Below are positions 1-36,025 of a stretch of DNA of 64,000 nucleotides, piece by piece. The stretch is taken from positions 29,263,504 to 29,327,503 of the forward strand of contig OZ037765.1 in assembly GCA_964035545.1 (NCBI GenBank), given 5' to 3'. Made by a program: the position numbers and the translations under genes. The notes under the pieces are model-generated. The model made no database searches and had not been told where the DNA came from. It was given only the letters and a program-made list of their open reading frames with translations. The stretch is from Bugula neritina. Its lineage: Eukaryota > Animalia > Bryozoa. Position 1 is the first letter of the stretch. Each line of letters begins with the position of its first letter.

Positions 1-2907
1 GATGCCAGAAGAATAACTCCCCTTCTGTGTCTACTGGGTTTGTAACAGATACTGCAGTCTTAATGCTTGCTAAATCTACGTTCAGTGTTTTAGTATAACT
101 ACAAGAAATATTGGTATGCATGAGATGTGTTTTAGGACTAGAACAACTTTAATATTGTGTGAAATATAATATTCTATATATGCCCATTTATTTAGCTATA
201 TCTAGCTAAATAAATAGTCGATTCTAATGCTCAAAAGCTAACATATAGAGCTTGTCTTTTTTCTAATAGGATCAAAATATAATTCAAAGTTCAAGGACAA
301 TATTTCACTATCAAATACATCTACTAGTTAGGCACCAGTATAATACACATTGAAGTAGATAAAGCAGGTACTACAGTATCTCATGTACACACTATAAGTG
401 GCTATATTGTTAGATTATATTTGAAGTACTCTACAAGCACACACAAGTACATACTATATCAGTAAACTACTAACTTCATATACTTAGATCCTGATAAGAA
501 TTTCTCTAGACTGTGCTCCATGATTTTAAGTGTCAATTCATCTTCCTTTTTCTCAAGAGTTTCTGCTAAGTAATCTTTTACTCTGAGTAGAAACTCTTCA
601 CTCTTGTTCTGCAGAAAGAAATCTATGGTTTTGGGCATCAATTTAATGATATTGCTATTTCAGGGGCAAGGGTAGTATCTGCCTTAAACAAGATTGCAAA
701 CATGGCTTGAGAGATTTCATTTACTGCTCTGAAGAATACACTTGTTTGTAGCAGGATTAAAACAAAATCACAAGAAGTACCTGAGAACTCAGCTAGTTAA
801 AAGAGAAGATTACCAGCTGTTAAACATTAACCACATAGGAGTGTACAAAACCCATCTAAACAGCTTGGTGAATGCTTTTTAAAATAATTCTGATAAAATG
901 AATTTTTCAAATCTGCTGTAGATTATAATTTCACAGTACCATAATATTGTTATACACATTTAAATACTTAACACTAATGAATGCTTTTTTGGCATTTTAA
1001 AACTGCCTCTAATAAAGTTATTTCAAATTTCAATATCATATCCATTATACACACATTATACTCATATACTAAACACTATCATGTTACTCTCTACTATAGA
1101 CTTGTACACTCATCATTCTAACAATTGACCGTCAGCAGATTCCTTGAAATAAAATGTTATGATACTGAAAATTGATAACATTATGTACTTTAAACTAAGA
1201 TATCTGTAACTGTAGAGGTGTTACTCACAATTCTACGCTGAAAGGCAACATCATTCCACTCTTCTACCAGGTATTGATACTTGTTTATGCCATAGCTGGA
1301 GGCCAAGCTGGGATTCTCTTTTATTTTAAAGTCAAAGAAGTCATTAACAAACTTTAAGACTTCAGTTTGATTCACATTTCGACACTGTATGGTACTTACA
1401 CCTAAATTGAAGCATATAATGATAAGTTTGAAGTTTTATTAATGTTATATAATAGATTATTGTGTATTTTATTCCATCCTATAATGCAATTAACTTGCAT
1501 TGTATAACATGTGGTTGGATGGTGTAGTGCAGTATGATGCATTTCAGTTTTACCGTGAAAGATATATACAGTAACAGTAAAACACTATAATATAATGTGC
1601 ACACTTTAACAGAATGCTTCTTCTTTCCATTGTTTAATGAACAGTCTGTATATTATAATGTACACATCACAATATATTAATCTAGGCCCTGCTAGTAAAT
1701 CAATAAAACTACCATCTAAAATGATGAGTGACCCATATAGTAATTTCGATTCCCCTCAGTCCCAGAACAGCTAGTGGTTAGAGCACTGGCCCATGCAGCT
1801 TTACTTTTGTTATTGTTGTTGGAAAAAACTCCGAAAGGAAACCCTGTGCCACAGCTTACACTGCTCTTGGCCTGAGTACATAAAGATCACTACCACAAAA
1901 AATTTTCACAGAAATAGTCACTTTAAATAATCGATGATTTCTTCTAGCTACAAGACAAAGGGCACCTTGTGACACCCATCAAGTCAATCTGTCATTGCAT
2001 GCTCAGTGTTCACTCTACAGTTTCTCAAATGTTCATGGCAAAGCTTACAGCCATTGCAATGTCCCAAAGTTTTACAGCTTTTTCTTTATTAACAAGTTTA
2101 ACCTCAAACCAAGCAAACTTCTATCACTATCACATCCATTTACTTCACTACTGGCGTCATAAAAAGCGCTACACCTTTTTTCTGTTTCAAAATTTTCTTT
2201 CAAATCAATTAAAATATTTTAACAAATAACACTTTACATCTAAAACTAGATAACATATCTACAAAAGCCTTTAAAAAAATTAAAGAGGCTGAAATGTCAA
2301 GTTATATCTAATTAAAAACTTATCTATATTCATTCAAAATCGATGCTACACTAGCATTTTCAAAAAAGTTTTATAATTAAAATTGAGATTACCCAGTGAC
2401 CCCTGTGGTGTAATGGTAACGGGCATGTTTGCAAGCTGGAGGTCTCAGGTTTGAATCCCAGTGGGGGCAAAAGTTGTATAAGCTATTTTGGCCTTGAGTG
2501 AAGTGTAGTAGTAGTACTTCGAGGCAGTTGAGAGGCCAGGGGAGCCTGAAGACTGAAGGAGTAATAGAGAGGCCAGAGAAGTGGGTGGGATGTAGTGTTG
2601 AGTTTACTCAGTGGCCCCTTTGGTGTAATGGTGGCGTGGTTGCTTGAAAGCTGGAGGTCTCAGGTTCGAATCCCAGTGAGGGGCAAAAGTTTTAAAAAAA
2701 TAATTGTGATATAATTTTTAGATGGTTTGAATCACAGTGAAAACTGCTTAAGCTGCATTAAACATTAAGTTTAACAACAACATTGCTTTATAAACGTATC
2801 AATATAATATATGCTAGTTATAATTCAAGAAAACAGCATTCGTTTAAAGTTGAAGAAGAATGCTTATTTAACTTACAGAGGGCGAGGATGATGATCCTGG
2901 TAATCAT
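1..2907 (-). CDS. Secreted DUF885-family protein, 5' part (continues beyond left edge). Coding exons 2907-2877, 1401-1229, 608-475, 98-<1
   Basis: Phase-consistent GT-AG exons give MITRIIILALCVSTIQC (signal-peptide-like) then RNVNQTEVLKFVNDFFDFKIKENPSLASSYGINKYQYLVEEWNDVAFQRRI..., resembling the DUF885 N-terminus (F..ENP..AS..G...Y...L...S). The family call is from recalled similarity of the N-terminus only. Confidence 0.65.
2394..2690 (+). mobile_element. Two direct copies of a tRNA-derived (SINE-head / tRNA pseudogene) sequence, about 2394-2475 and 2609-2690, separated by a purine-rich spacer
   Basis: Both copies carry an A box TGGTGTAATGG and a B box GGTT(C/T)GAATCC and end GGGGCAAAAGTT. 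The anticodon and T stems pair poorly, so these are not functional tRNAs. Confidence 0.7.
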
Positions 2908-2909
2908 TA

Positions 2910-2970
2910 TCACGTCATGAACTGATCTCTCTGCATGTACGAACGTTAGGTGTACTTGACGCTTTATATT
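2910..2970 (-). promoter_or_regulatory. TATA box (TATAAA, 2969-2964) and minimal uORF ATG-ACG-TGA (2918-2910) upstream of the DUF885 gene
   Basis: TATAAA lies about 60 nt upstream of the ATG at 2907. The uORF stop ends 2 nt before the main ATG. Confidence 0.45.
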
Positions 2971-3183
2971 ATTATGATTGCTAACTGTAAAGTATAGGGC
3001 TGGATGAGTTTATCATAATACCCTGCGCAGCTAGATTTGACCTCTTGAACTTGTTGATCAGAGCAAACCACACGAGTTGTTTACTTTCAACTGATAGCTA
3101 GTAATATCTATACATGTAGGCTATAACAGATGTTATGTGACAGTAATGGAAATAAGCTGTATAAGTTTGGCTATATTACATTC

Positions 3184-3340
3184 AGAAGCAGTAGTGGAGA
3201 AATTGAGATGGCCCAAGCTTTTTAATTTTATTATTAATTTTTTTAGGGCGTAGGTTGAAATTCAGACGAAGGCATAACTTCTTATACTACATTTCTGATC
3301 TAAAACACACAGCTTTTCTCAATTTCTCCATTACCTACCT
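3184..3340. mobile_element. ~160-bp inverted-repeat (MITE-like) element, copy 1
   Basis: GCAGTAGTGGAGAAATTGAGA ... TCTCAATTTCTCCATTAC. The internal sequence is the reverse complement of 54753-54916 and collinear with 61540-61701. Confidence 0.75.
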
Positions 3341-4257
3341 TGTCAGATAGGGAGATGGGGTAGTTATGGGGACTACATCGGCTAAAAACATACTATTTAA
3401 GCAAAGAAGATAATTAAAAGGTTGCTCAAAATTATTCTGCAGATGAATCATTCTCATTAATTATATAAAAGTATCTGCAGTATTGACTTGGTATGATTCT
3501 GATTGAATATAAACTAAGCATCAGAGCAAAAGATATTTTTAGTTTTGTGTCTGACAAATAACACCCGCATAATATAATCTATTACAAGTATAAATTAAAC
3601 TATTAATCTTGGTGGTATACTGATTTATTAATAAGCCTGAATTTGAAAAAAGCAGATGAATGTTATAACAAATAATTTTTATTACTGTGAAGAAAGCGAC
3701 TTGGACGTGGAAATAAAAATGAAGCATAGCATAGCATAGAATTACAAAATAAGTTAACTTATATTATTCAAAACTGTTACATGTTTAAATAAACCGAACT
3801 CTTAATAAAATAAAAATAAACATGACAAAGCAATACTGCACTATTGTATGAGTATAAAATTAGAAGTCCTAGTGTCTTACAGCCTTACATAATAAGCCTC
3901 AAAAAATACTTTCATAGGTTAATAAAAATTGTTTGGTTTGTGATGAAAAATATAAGGCTAAAAAGATCTTCTAAATATTTAGTTAGGCTATTGAAATTTA
4001 GATTCTGCATGCAGGTCATAAAGTCATGCAGACATTGAAGCGCTTATAATGGGAATAATTTATCAGTATGATCTCATCACATAAGAGTATCAACGCAGCT
4101 ATATAACAATTGAAATCACATGCAAAAATATAGTTTAAGAGCTGGGTGAATCATTCACAGCATTTTTCACATCAACAAGAAATTGTGTTTTATATTTTAT
4201 AAAATAAAATCAGCAGCTGTATTGTTTGAGCAATTCCGCACTTGGTTTCAAAGGTCT

Positions 4258-7200
4258 TTATCGTCGTTCAAAATAAACGTCTCGAATACGTCTTTCATGT
4301 TTGTCAACAGCATCTCTACTATAGTGAGGAATAAGTGGGAGCCGCCGTGCAGAGTGGTCTATATCCGGTAGGTAGATGTCATCTGTATGCCGAGTAGATA
4401 GGACCATGCTGCAGCAAAAGAAACATTAAATTTAGTCTTTATGTAAGTAGAACTTATGCATAGCTCATTATATGAAATTAGTAGCATTTCACACAAAATT
4501 CACAAGATATTTGAATTCATAGAATTGAATTTTGCTTACAATTATATTTAATAATACATCACATGGATTATTATGTATTCATTTTATCAATATTTACATT
4601 ATCTTAAAGGCAGAGAGAAATAATACACTGAAATAAAGCAATAAAACATGAAGTAAAGAAACATTTTAAGTTAATATCATAAATACAAGTCAACTAGTCT
4701 TAAACATAGAAAGAATTTCAATAACATTCAACACTCAAATTTAAATGTAGTTTGATAACATGGGTTTTGGTAAAATAAATTGTTTAATTTTGCTATAAAT
4801 TAATTTAAAACAAATGAATCAATCATATAAAAGGATACAGTAACAAAAACATAAAGCAGTAGCATTTCAATTTTTATATTTTAAAACAGTTATAGTTAAA
4901 TTTCAATTTCAAATACAAAGACAAAATACTTCAATGAAACAGATTAACACACAGGTTGCTGTGTATGTGTGTGTGTGCGTGCGTGCGTGTGTGCATGTGT
5001 GTATGTGTGTATAGTATATTTTAGCTGACTATAAAATTCCTATAAAATGTTTATTATGGAGATACACTTACCATGAGTTGGGATTAGAGCAAGAAGAATA
5101 GCAAACAAACTCGTGCTTCAACATCAGAAAGACAGACAGAGCAGTGATGGGTCAACCACAAACAGCAGCACCAGGTTATACCATGTGACGTGTTAGAAAC
5201 AGCACACAACAAGGCAGGGGCATCACAAACGTTGAACATGCAATTCAGCTTTAGCTTTGGTGTTATATAGTATCACTCAACAATTAGACAGTGCATGTGT
5301 GAATTTCTACTTAATATTTTATAAGCTGTGTGGAAATTCAATTGAAATATAAAATTGTATTGGCAGTACTTGACAAAAAAATATTATAACATTCATGCAA
5401 GGCATAGAAAATATATTATATGTTGTTAATGCAGAATATTAATGCAGATATAGGCAGAAGAAAAAAGCATTCAAAAAGTTATCACAAAACAAGCTATGAT
5501 TGAGCGTATGCATGCGAAAAGAATGTATTTTATATGTGTAAGAAAGACACTTCACACAAAAATGTTAGTAGCACATTGATTATAAATTAGACAATTTTTG
5601 TCTAAAATTAAATAAATAGCCTTCAATTTTATTTTGGTTTAATAGTTATGTTATTTGTAAAGAATTTTTATTTCAAGCTTAAAAGAGTTAGTACACATTA
5701 CATTAGATATAATATTGAAGTAGTGTTTTTAGTAGCATTAGTTAAAACACAAAGCAAATTAAAATTTTTGATTATTGATGTCAAATATTGATAAGCTGTT
5801 GAAATTGGTTGAACTCACAAAGGCACATGATCTTTGAATTGATCCTCGGCTCTAGTTGGGACCATAAAAGTCTTTGCTCTTTGTATTGTACCACTTTGGT
5901 CATTATAGAACTCCCTGTGCGACTGGCAGCCCTGCATAAAGCATATCCTCTGTGAAGCAAGCAGTATTTATGTGTATGCCTTTTTAAATTCTGATTTTCA
6001 AGCCACATTATAAAAAATAAGATAAAGCATACAATTATATTTTTCCTAACATTTTGTTTACAATAAATATTTAAAAAAGTTGTTTAAAAAACACAATTGA
6101 TTGTGAAATAATATATGAAAACAATTTTTTTTTCAATAATAAAAAAGTTAACTTGGCTTACAATTTTATGACAATTTTATTTTTAATGCAAACATGCTCA
6201 ATAGAGAGTCTTGCATATTGAAACAATGTCGCTTTTTTAATAATGATCATTTTTACAGTTTCATGTAGACTAATTGTTGATTATTAGAATACTAACGCAT
6301 GACCATAACTAATTTTATAAAGCAATATGATAATAATTATATTCAGGTATTTTGCACCAACTATACTATGACTTCATACCATATTGAAGCTCGTCAGCTC
6401 CCTGGTTCTATCATAATGTTGGTTCATCAGTTGATATTTAGGTTGAGCTAAGAACCTGTCTCTAGTCCTTGAACGGTTGCTAATAACTAGTGTTGGGTCA
6501 TGTGAATAGTTGGTTGGAAAGTCACCTAAAGTCAACCAATAATCAATTGTATTTGTTTTATTAATAAAAAAAATATCTATAACAAATAGGAATGTATATT
6601 TTTTAAAATGAATTGCCACACGTTGGCAATTAGGGAGTTACTCTCGTGTAGTGGTTAGGGTACTGGCCTAGTAAACATGAGGTCAGTGGTTCGAGTCCAC
6701 CAGCAGTGATGTTAGAAAGAGCATCAAAGCATAATTACTTCTGTGCCACATTACAAAAAAGTCTTTAGCCTGCCTAAAAAGACCTTGAATTAAGGGTTTT
6801 CACAGGGGTAGCGACTATAAACACAATTATTCAAGATATCACAATATAATTTGATAATAGTTGTAAAAATAGCAATGTGTTGTCCATAGATGTTCCTGGT
6901 ATATACAGTTAATTAAAGACGTTTAGCATAGGCCCCACATGTAAAAACATATAAAATGAAATCTGTCACTTTTAAAGTCTTAGGTTATAGCCTAACTGTA
7001 AACTACTAGCTATGACTCACCTCCTTTTGACAATGGGTAACTTGATTTGTTTAGGCAGGCACTCCTGTAATCTTGAAAATATTTCCTAGTTTGATGTCCA
7101 TATGTCTCTCCATAGTCATATTTTAAAGAAGGTACACTTCCACGGTAACTATAAAAAATAACGCAGTCTAAAAGTTGCAGAAAACAATACAAAACCTATT

Positions 7201-8139
7201 TGCTAATAAGCATCAACTATAAAAAAGAAATAGATGCATATTGACAAAAAATGCAGAATCTGAAGTTGCATAATATTTTCTCAAATGATAAATTATTTTC
7301 AAACTGCAAAAGTTCAACAGTCTATAACTTCTAGCCACTTTTTGTAATAATTCTTTTTAGATATTATAGTTTCAGCTTTGTATACTGTGGGCATATCTTA
7401 TAAAATATGAAGAGACAAGAAGGCTGAAAACAAAATAAAATTACTAAAGCTAAAATTGAAGCAGTGCTGAGTTTGAATCATTACTAGTAGTTATTACAAC
7501 TAGTTAAAAACATTTTTGTTTATTTTGCATTTTTGCTCAAGTGTTAAATTAATTTAGATTCTAGCATAAAAACTGATAAAAATATTTTTTATTTAAAAGA
7601 AAAAAGTTATTGATAAATAAATTTTAATTGGTATGCTAGGATAATCAAAGTATTGTGCTGTAGCTATTGTTAACAGTGATCATAGTGTAGTATGTGTTAA
7701 ATATTTGTATTTTGATATATATTTTTTTATAATTCAAAATTAGTTTTAATCACGCAGTAGTTTCAACATCAGTGTGAATATATAATATATTTTACTTTTA
7801 CTAGAAATTGAACTATCACTATGTGCTTGATTTTTTCTTTATACAAGTAGGCTGTTGTGAATAGTAAGCTAATCCACAATGTTTTTTTTTATAAATTTAT
7901 TAAAATAATTTGATCCTAGGCAACTTAAGCTATTACTACTACCTATGGGTATAGATAATCATAATGATAATGATTGTGAACTAATTAATCAGTAACTCAA
8001 ACTGTAACACTAACTGTAGGCTTGAGGCCGAATTGAGTCTTACTCTAAATTAAAGTAACTCTTACCCAGGCATTAATGTCGGAGGCACATATGCAGAGTT
8101 ATGTGTGGTAATCAATGTTCCTGCTGATCTAGTCGCCAT
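4258..8139 (-). CDS. CIMIP2C: FAM166C / CIMIP2C (C2orf70) ciliary microtubule inner protein. Exons 8139-8066, 7148-7021, 6525-6380, 5931-5819, 4408-4258
   Basis: Spliced product [53 protein letters not shown]...[32 protein letters not shown]...[13 protein letters not shown] follows human C2orf70 (MASRSAGTL...AYVPPGLMPGYQGHVP...RDCYFEFRA) along its length. All phases are consistent. Confidence 0.92.
4960..5010. repeat. (TG)n/(TGCG)n microsatellite
   Basis: gtgtatgtgtgtgtgtgcgtgcgtgcgtgtgtg. Confidence 0.9.
6641..6820 (+). mobile_element. Degenerate tRNA-derived SINE in CIMIP2C intron 2 (antisense to the gene)
   Basis: A box (GTGTAGTGGTTAG) and B box GGTTCGAGTCC, followed by GTTAGAAAGAGCATC, which is reminiscent of the conserved central domain of MetaSINE-type elements (recalled similarity). 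Confidence 0.6.
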
Positions 8140-8210
8140 TTCTCCTAACTAACTACTAAGGGAAAAAAGGTAAAAAAAATCTACAAGAAAATAATATATA
8201 TTGTAGACGT

Positions 8211-8236
8211 GTTACTAGGGTGTCGTTAAGGGCAAC
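8211..8236. promoter_or_regulatory. RFX X-box-like motifs in the CIMIP2C promoter
   Basis: GTTACTAGGGTGTC (8211-8224) overlaps GTCGTTAAGGGCAAC (8222-8236), 70-100 nt upstream of the ATG of a ciliary gene. Confidence 0.6.
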
Positions 8237-9217
8237 TGAAACCGGATAACAGAAAGAGCTAAGGTATTTATTTTTGTGCCATAAAACAATTTTTGATTAA
8301 AATTTATTTAAAATGATATTTAGTAAAAAATATAATAAAATGCAATTTTTAATTTAAATCATAATAATAATGGTGCAGTTTTAGTTTTGAAGATAAGACA
8401 ACTCTGGTTGAAAAACAACGTCAGCATGAGTACCATGTACTAGACATGAATTAATTAAAATTCAATCATCAGCATAACACTGGTATGATTCATGATCATG
8501 GTTCTAGTTCAATGACAGTAGAAAGTCTAAAATCTTTGCCCTACATAAAAAATTAATAATAAAAGCATAGAAATGCCTCAGTAGCCTTCCTTTTCTTTCG
8601 AACCACTAGGTATATTATTGTATATTTCTAAATAATATTCTATTACATAAATAATTTATTGTGCAATCTTTGTCTGTAACAAAAATAAATTATGGATTCA
8701 GAATGCAGATTGTGTGTTCAGTGTAACAAAAATGATTTAATTAAAATTGTCTCTTGATTATACAATAAATATGAAATGTATTACAAAATATACAGGCACA
8801 TGGTGTACTATTTTTGTAAATACTGCTTAAAATTAAGTTGTGATTAAAATTGACCCAGAAGCAGGGCGAGGTGAACCAGACAAACTAAGTAGATAAATAG
8901 GGCTTGAGTGCAAGCATAGCAAGCATGGTGAAAAGTATAGATAAGTAAAAGTAGCTTAGGAGCATCAATATGATTTACAATCTAAGAAAATCCAAAAAAA
9001 TACTTATACAATAAACAGACGAAATAGCAAAGTCTAAGAACTTCGAAAGATTTGATTTGTTCCGAAAAATAATGAATAAAAAAACTATTTTTAGTAGAAT
9101 TCTATCAACTTGCTTGTTTAGATACATGCGTAGCCTAAAGGTAGAGTAATAGAATACATACATATTACTAACACTATCAGTCTCAAAACACTCGTCCAAA
9201 AAAACAAGAGTATTTTT

Positions 9218-22191
<12,974 letters not shown>

Positions 22192-23809
22192 ATCTGTAGT
22201 CAAGAATAAGGAGTAAACTGTTGATGTACTCAACAGTGATTATCACGAGGCTGACCAGCAGCGAGTCTGTGAAATATAAGACTGCCGCTATATTATCAAC
22301 TTATAAACAATAATAAACTACCATTATAATATCAACATTACATATTACATATTACATTTAAGCAGAGATCTAAATGTCCCTGAACACTTGAGCCTACGTT
22401 ATCACCATGAACACTAACTACACAGGACAAGGCAATACCTGGCATGCAAAAATATATTCTAATAATGGATGCTCAATTTTAAAATCTAGGCATACAAGCC
22501 TAGTTACTATGGTAATACCAGCATTTTATTTACCATTGAAACGTTCCAATATTTCAAAGTGGAGTATGACTATACCAGACAACAGGGCTCAAAAAGTTGA
22601 AAGGTCAAATGAAATTAAATGCTAAACCAAAAGCCAATTAGATAAGACCAAGATTAGCTTCTGAGTTTCAAAAGTGTGACATATCAACTTAACTCAGCTA
22701 TTGATTATTTAAAAAGTATAAAGAGTGGATCATTAAACATAGAATACTGTGTAAACATATGATACTACTAGTAGGATAAACAATGGTTATTGATATTTGC
22801 TCTATAACTGTGAAAAACTACAATTATGCTTAAATATTTTTCATGTATAGTTAAACTAACTCACAAGGTAAAGTAAACATTTACCTGATAACTAAGCTAG
22901 CTAAAAACTTCAAATAAACTTTAAAACTTTAAATAAAAACATAAATAAACTGAGTGGGCTTATATAAATTGCTTGGATGTATTCTGCCAGCTATCACTCT
23001 TAGTATATCATTATAAAGGTTAAGATCTTAAAATCTGAATCAAATAGAAAGTTTTTGCTACGCTGTGGGGATATATTTTACAATAAAAGCAAAATGTATG
23101 TCTTTAAAAAGCATCATTAAAATTTACACAACGCATTCAAATGATACAATTGACCCCCTATAATACAAATTTTACTTCTGATGTACAAATATTTTTAAAG
23201 CAAATTCAGTAAATCTCCATCATGTACTAATTTGAAAAAGTGACAAGATAATAGAGAAAAAGCTAGTTAGAATGTGAATGTCAGAGTTGATCAAAAATTA
23301 AATAAAATGAATGCTGTTTTATCTACCATTTAAACTTTAAATAGTCAAAAAGAATAAAAAGTTTAGCAATCTAATTTTTAATCTTAATGGTTTCAAAAAA
23401 TATCATAAAATGGTGCATTATTTGCTGTCTATGAGTTTGCCCATCGTGCTTTGAATGTTTACACCTAAATTTGAGCAAAAATTAATGAATATGCAAAAGT
23501 TTGCTGCTAAAATTATATGACATACTAAAATACAGTTTACTATTCACAAACACCTAAGCCCAACAAATACCAATAAACATTTCAAACACTATGCAAGGTT
23601 GCCAATCATATTTCAATCACCATAATGTATCACTAATTTAAAATTCAAAGGTACAATATGCACAGTAAATGTAGCGAGTAGCTATGGACTGTAGAATCAT
23701 AATAACAAGACTGTACGAGAAAAAGGAATACCTAAGGTACTATGATGTATATATTTAACTATACTTTTACTTTGCTATATAATTCTATGATGGATTATAA
23801 AAATGAAAA

Positions 23810-25085
23810 TAATAATCTTAAAGTTAAAGTAAATGTTAAGCCTAAGGCTAAAGTTATGACCATGATAATATTATTATAATCATAATGCTGCCAAAATTAA
23901 GAGTTATCATGACTAAATGAGTTACTACTTACTATTACTACTAGTACTAGCACTAGTACTACAGTCCAACTTTATAAGACTATACTAATAGTAATATCTC
24001 ATATTAAATCTGAATCTTAATCAAATAGAGTAATTTCTAAGCAATACTAATGCTTATACTGAAAGTAATAATAAAAATATTAGTACTAATAATATCATTA
24101 ACAGTAAATCAAAATGCAATACTAAGTCAAATAGTATCAGTATGAGTAATAGTAATACGGAACTACTTATACTTCATAATTTAAATTATACTATTAATAA
24201 TAGTATAACTGTAAGTATAAGTAATTTAGTGTTACTAATAATTTAATAATAAGAGTTACTTATTAGTATGAGTATTAAATTCAATATTAAGTAATGGTAT
24301 GAGTATGAATAATAGTACTATAATTATTCAATTTCAAACCCATACTCATACTATAACTATTACTTGATTTTGATACTAAATCTAATAGTAACAGTTTTAG
24401 TTTAACAATGACTAATTAAACTACTACTAATAGTAATACTATAGGCATAGCCTCTAAGTACAACTATAACTATAACTTATAGTTATAAGTATTAGTATAA
24501 CTATAACAGTATAACTATAAGTATAACTATAGCCATAGGCATAGCCTTTGGCTTTAGCCATACTGATACTATATGTACTTATAGTTATAGCCCTAGGGAA
24601 AGGCTATAAGTATAACTATAAGTATAAGTATAGCCATAGGTAAAGCTATAATACTACTACTAGTACTAGTAGGAAAAGTAATATTATTCATAATTAATAA
24701 TTAAATTTAATATAACATTAACTATAAGATTAGGTATAGCCATGCCCATGAGATCCGATTACTATTAGTATCAGGTATAACATTTAGTTTTACTCATTGA
24801 ATTTTATTTGGACTTAGACAGTAACTTAGAGCATCAGTCAGTATAACTATAAGTATAACTATCACTGATAGTTATACTTATAGTATCAGTATTACTATTA
24901 GTATTAGATTTACTTTTAAAATTAGTACATAAGTTCAACTTTAAGTATTGGTATATCACAATAATTATGATTACCTTCACCTTGTCATTATGATTATCAA
25001 ATTGAAATTCAATATTAATATAATTAAAATATTAATAGGCAATTTCAATTTAATCTTTTACTTTTAGTTTTAGTTTTACTTATAG
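23810..25085. repeat. 6-bp-periodic degenerate low-complexity tract (ATAACT/ATAAGT/ATAGCC/TTTAGT units), left flank of the FAM135-TBC1D23 promoter
   Basis: e.g. agtata actata agtata actata agccat aggcat agcctt. Confidence 0.8.
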
Positions 25086-25089
25086 ATTT

Positions 25090-25390
25090 TATCAATCAAT
25101 CATAAAAATATATAAGTCTAATGAGTTGTTTACGTCTACAATATTATTATATTCAAAAAATATTCACGTCAAGTACCCATATGGCAATGAAAAGAAGTCT
25201 CGACACTAAAAGCACTGAAAGTAAATGATCAACTCTTTACGAAACGCTATCAATAATGATCCAAAACTATGCGTATGTAAATGTTGCTCTAAATTATTGT
25301 CCTAAACATACATAAACTTGAATCGCTAACCAAAGATTAACCTTGACATATTACATTTTCACAGCCAAAATTAACTCAACGTCACTTACC
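25090..25390. promoter_or_regulatory. Putative bidirectional promoter for FAM135 (-) and TBC1D23 (+)
   Basis: Divergent genes with the TBC1D23 ATG at 25391. The FAM135 first coding exon has an acceptor at about 22267, implying an upstream non-coding exon (candidate donor near 25133). This is a CpG-richer complex island between two periodic tracts. Confidence 0.55.

Positions 25391-36025
<10,635 letters not shown>

Noticed and set aside
1740-1800. tRNA-like fragment (TAGTGGTTAGAGCACTGGCC)
   Set aside because: Too short and lacks a downstream B box. At most it is a SINE remnant.
2609-2690. Functional tRNA gene
   Set aside because: The anticodon and T stems do not pair properly, so it is treated as SINE/pseudogene.
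5072-5260. Extra CIMIP2C exon ending at a strong ATG|gtaagt donor (minus strand)
   Set aside because: No frame-preserving acceptor was found and the protein is complete without it. A poison or non-coding exon cannot be excluded.
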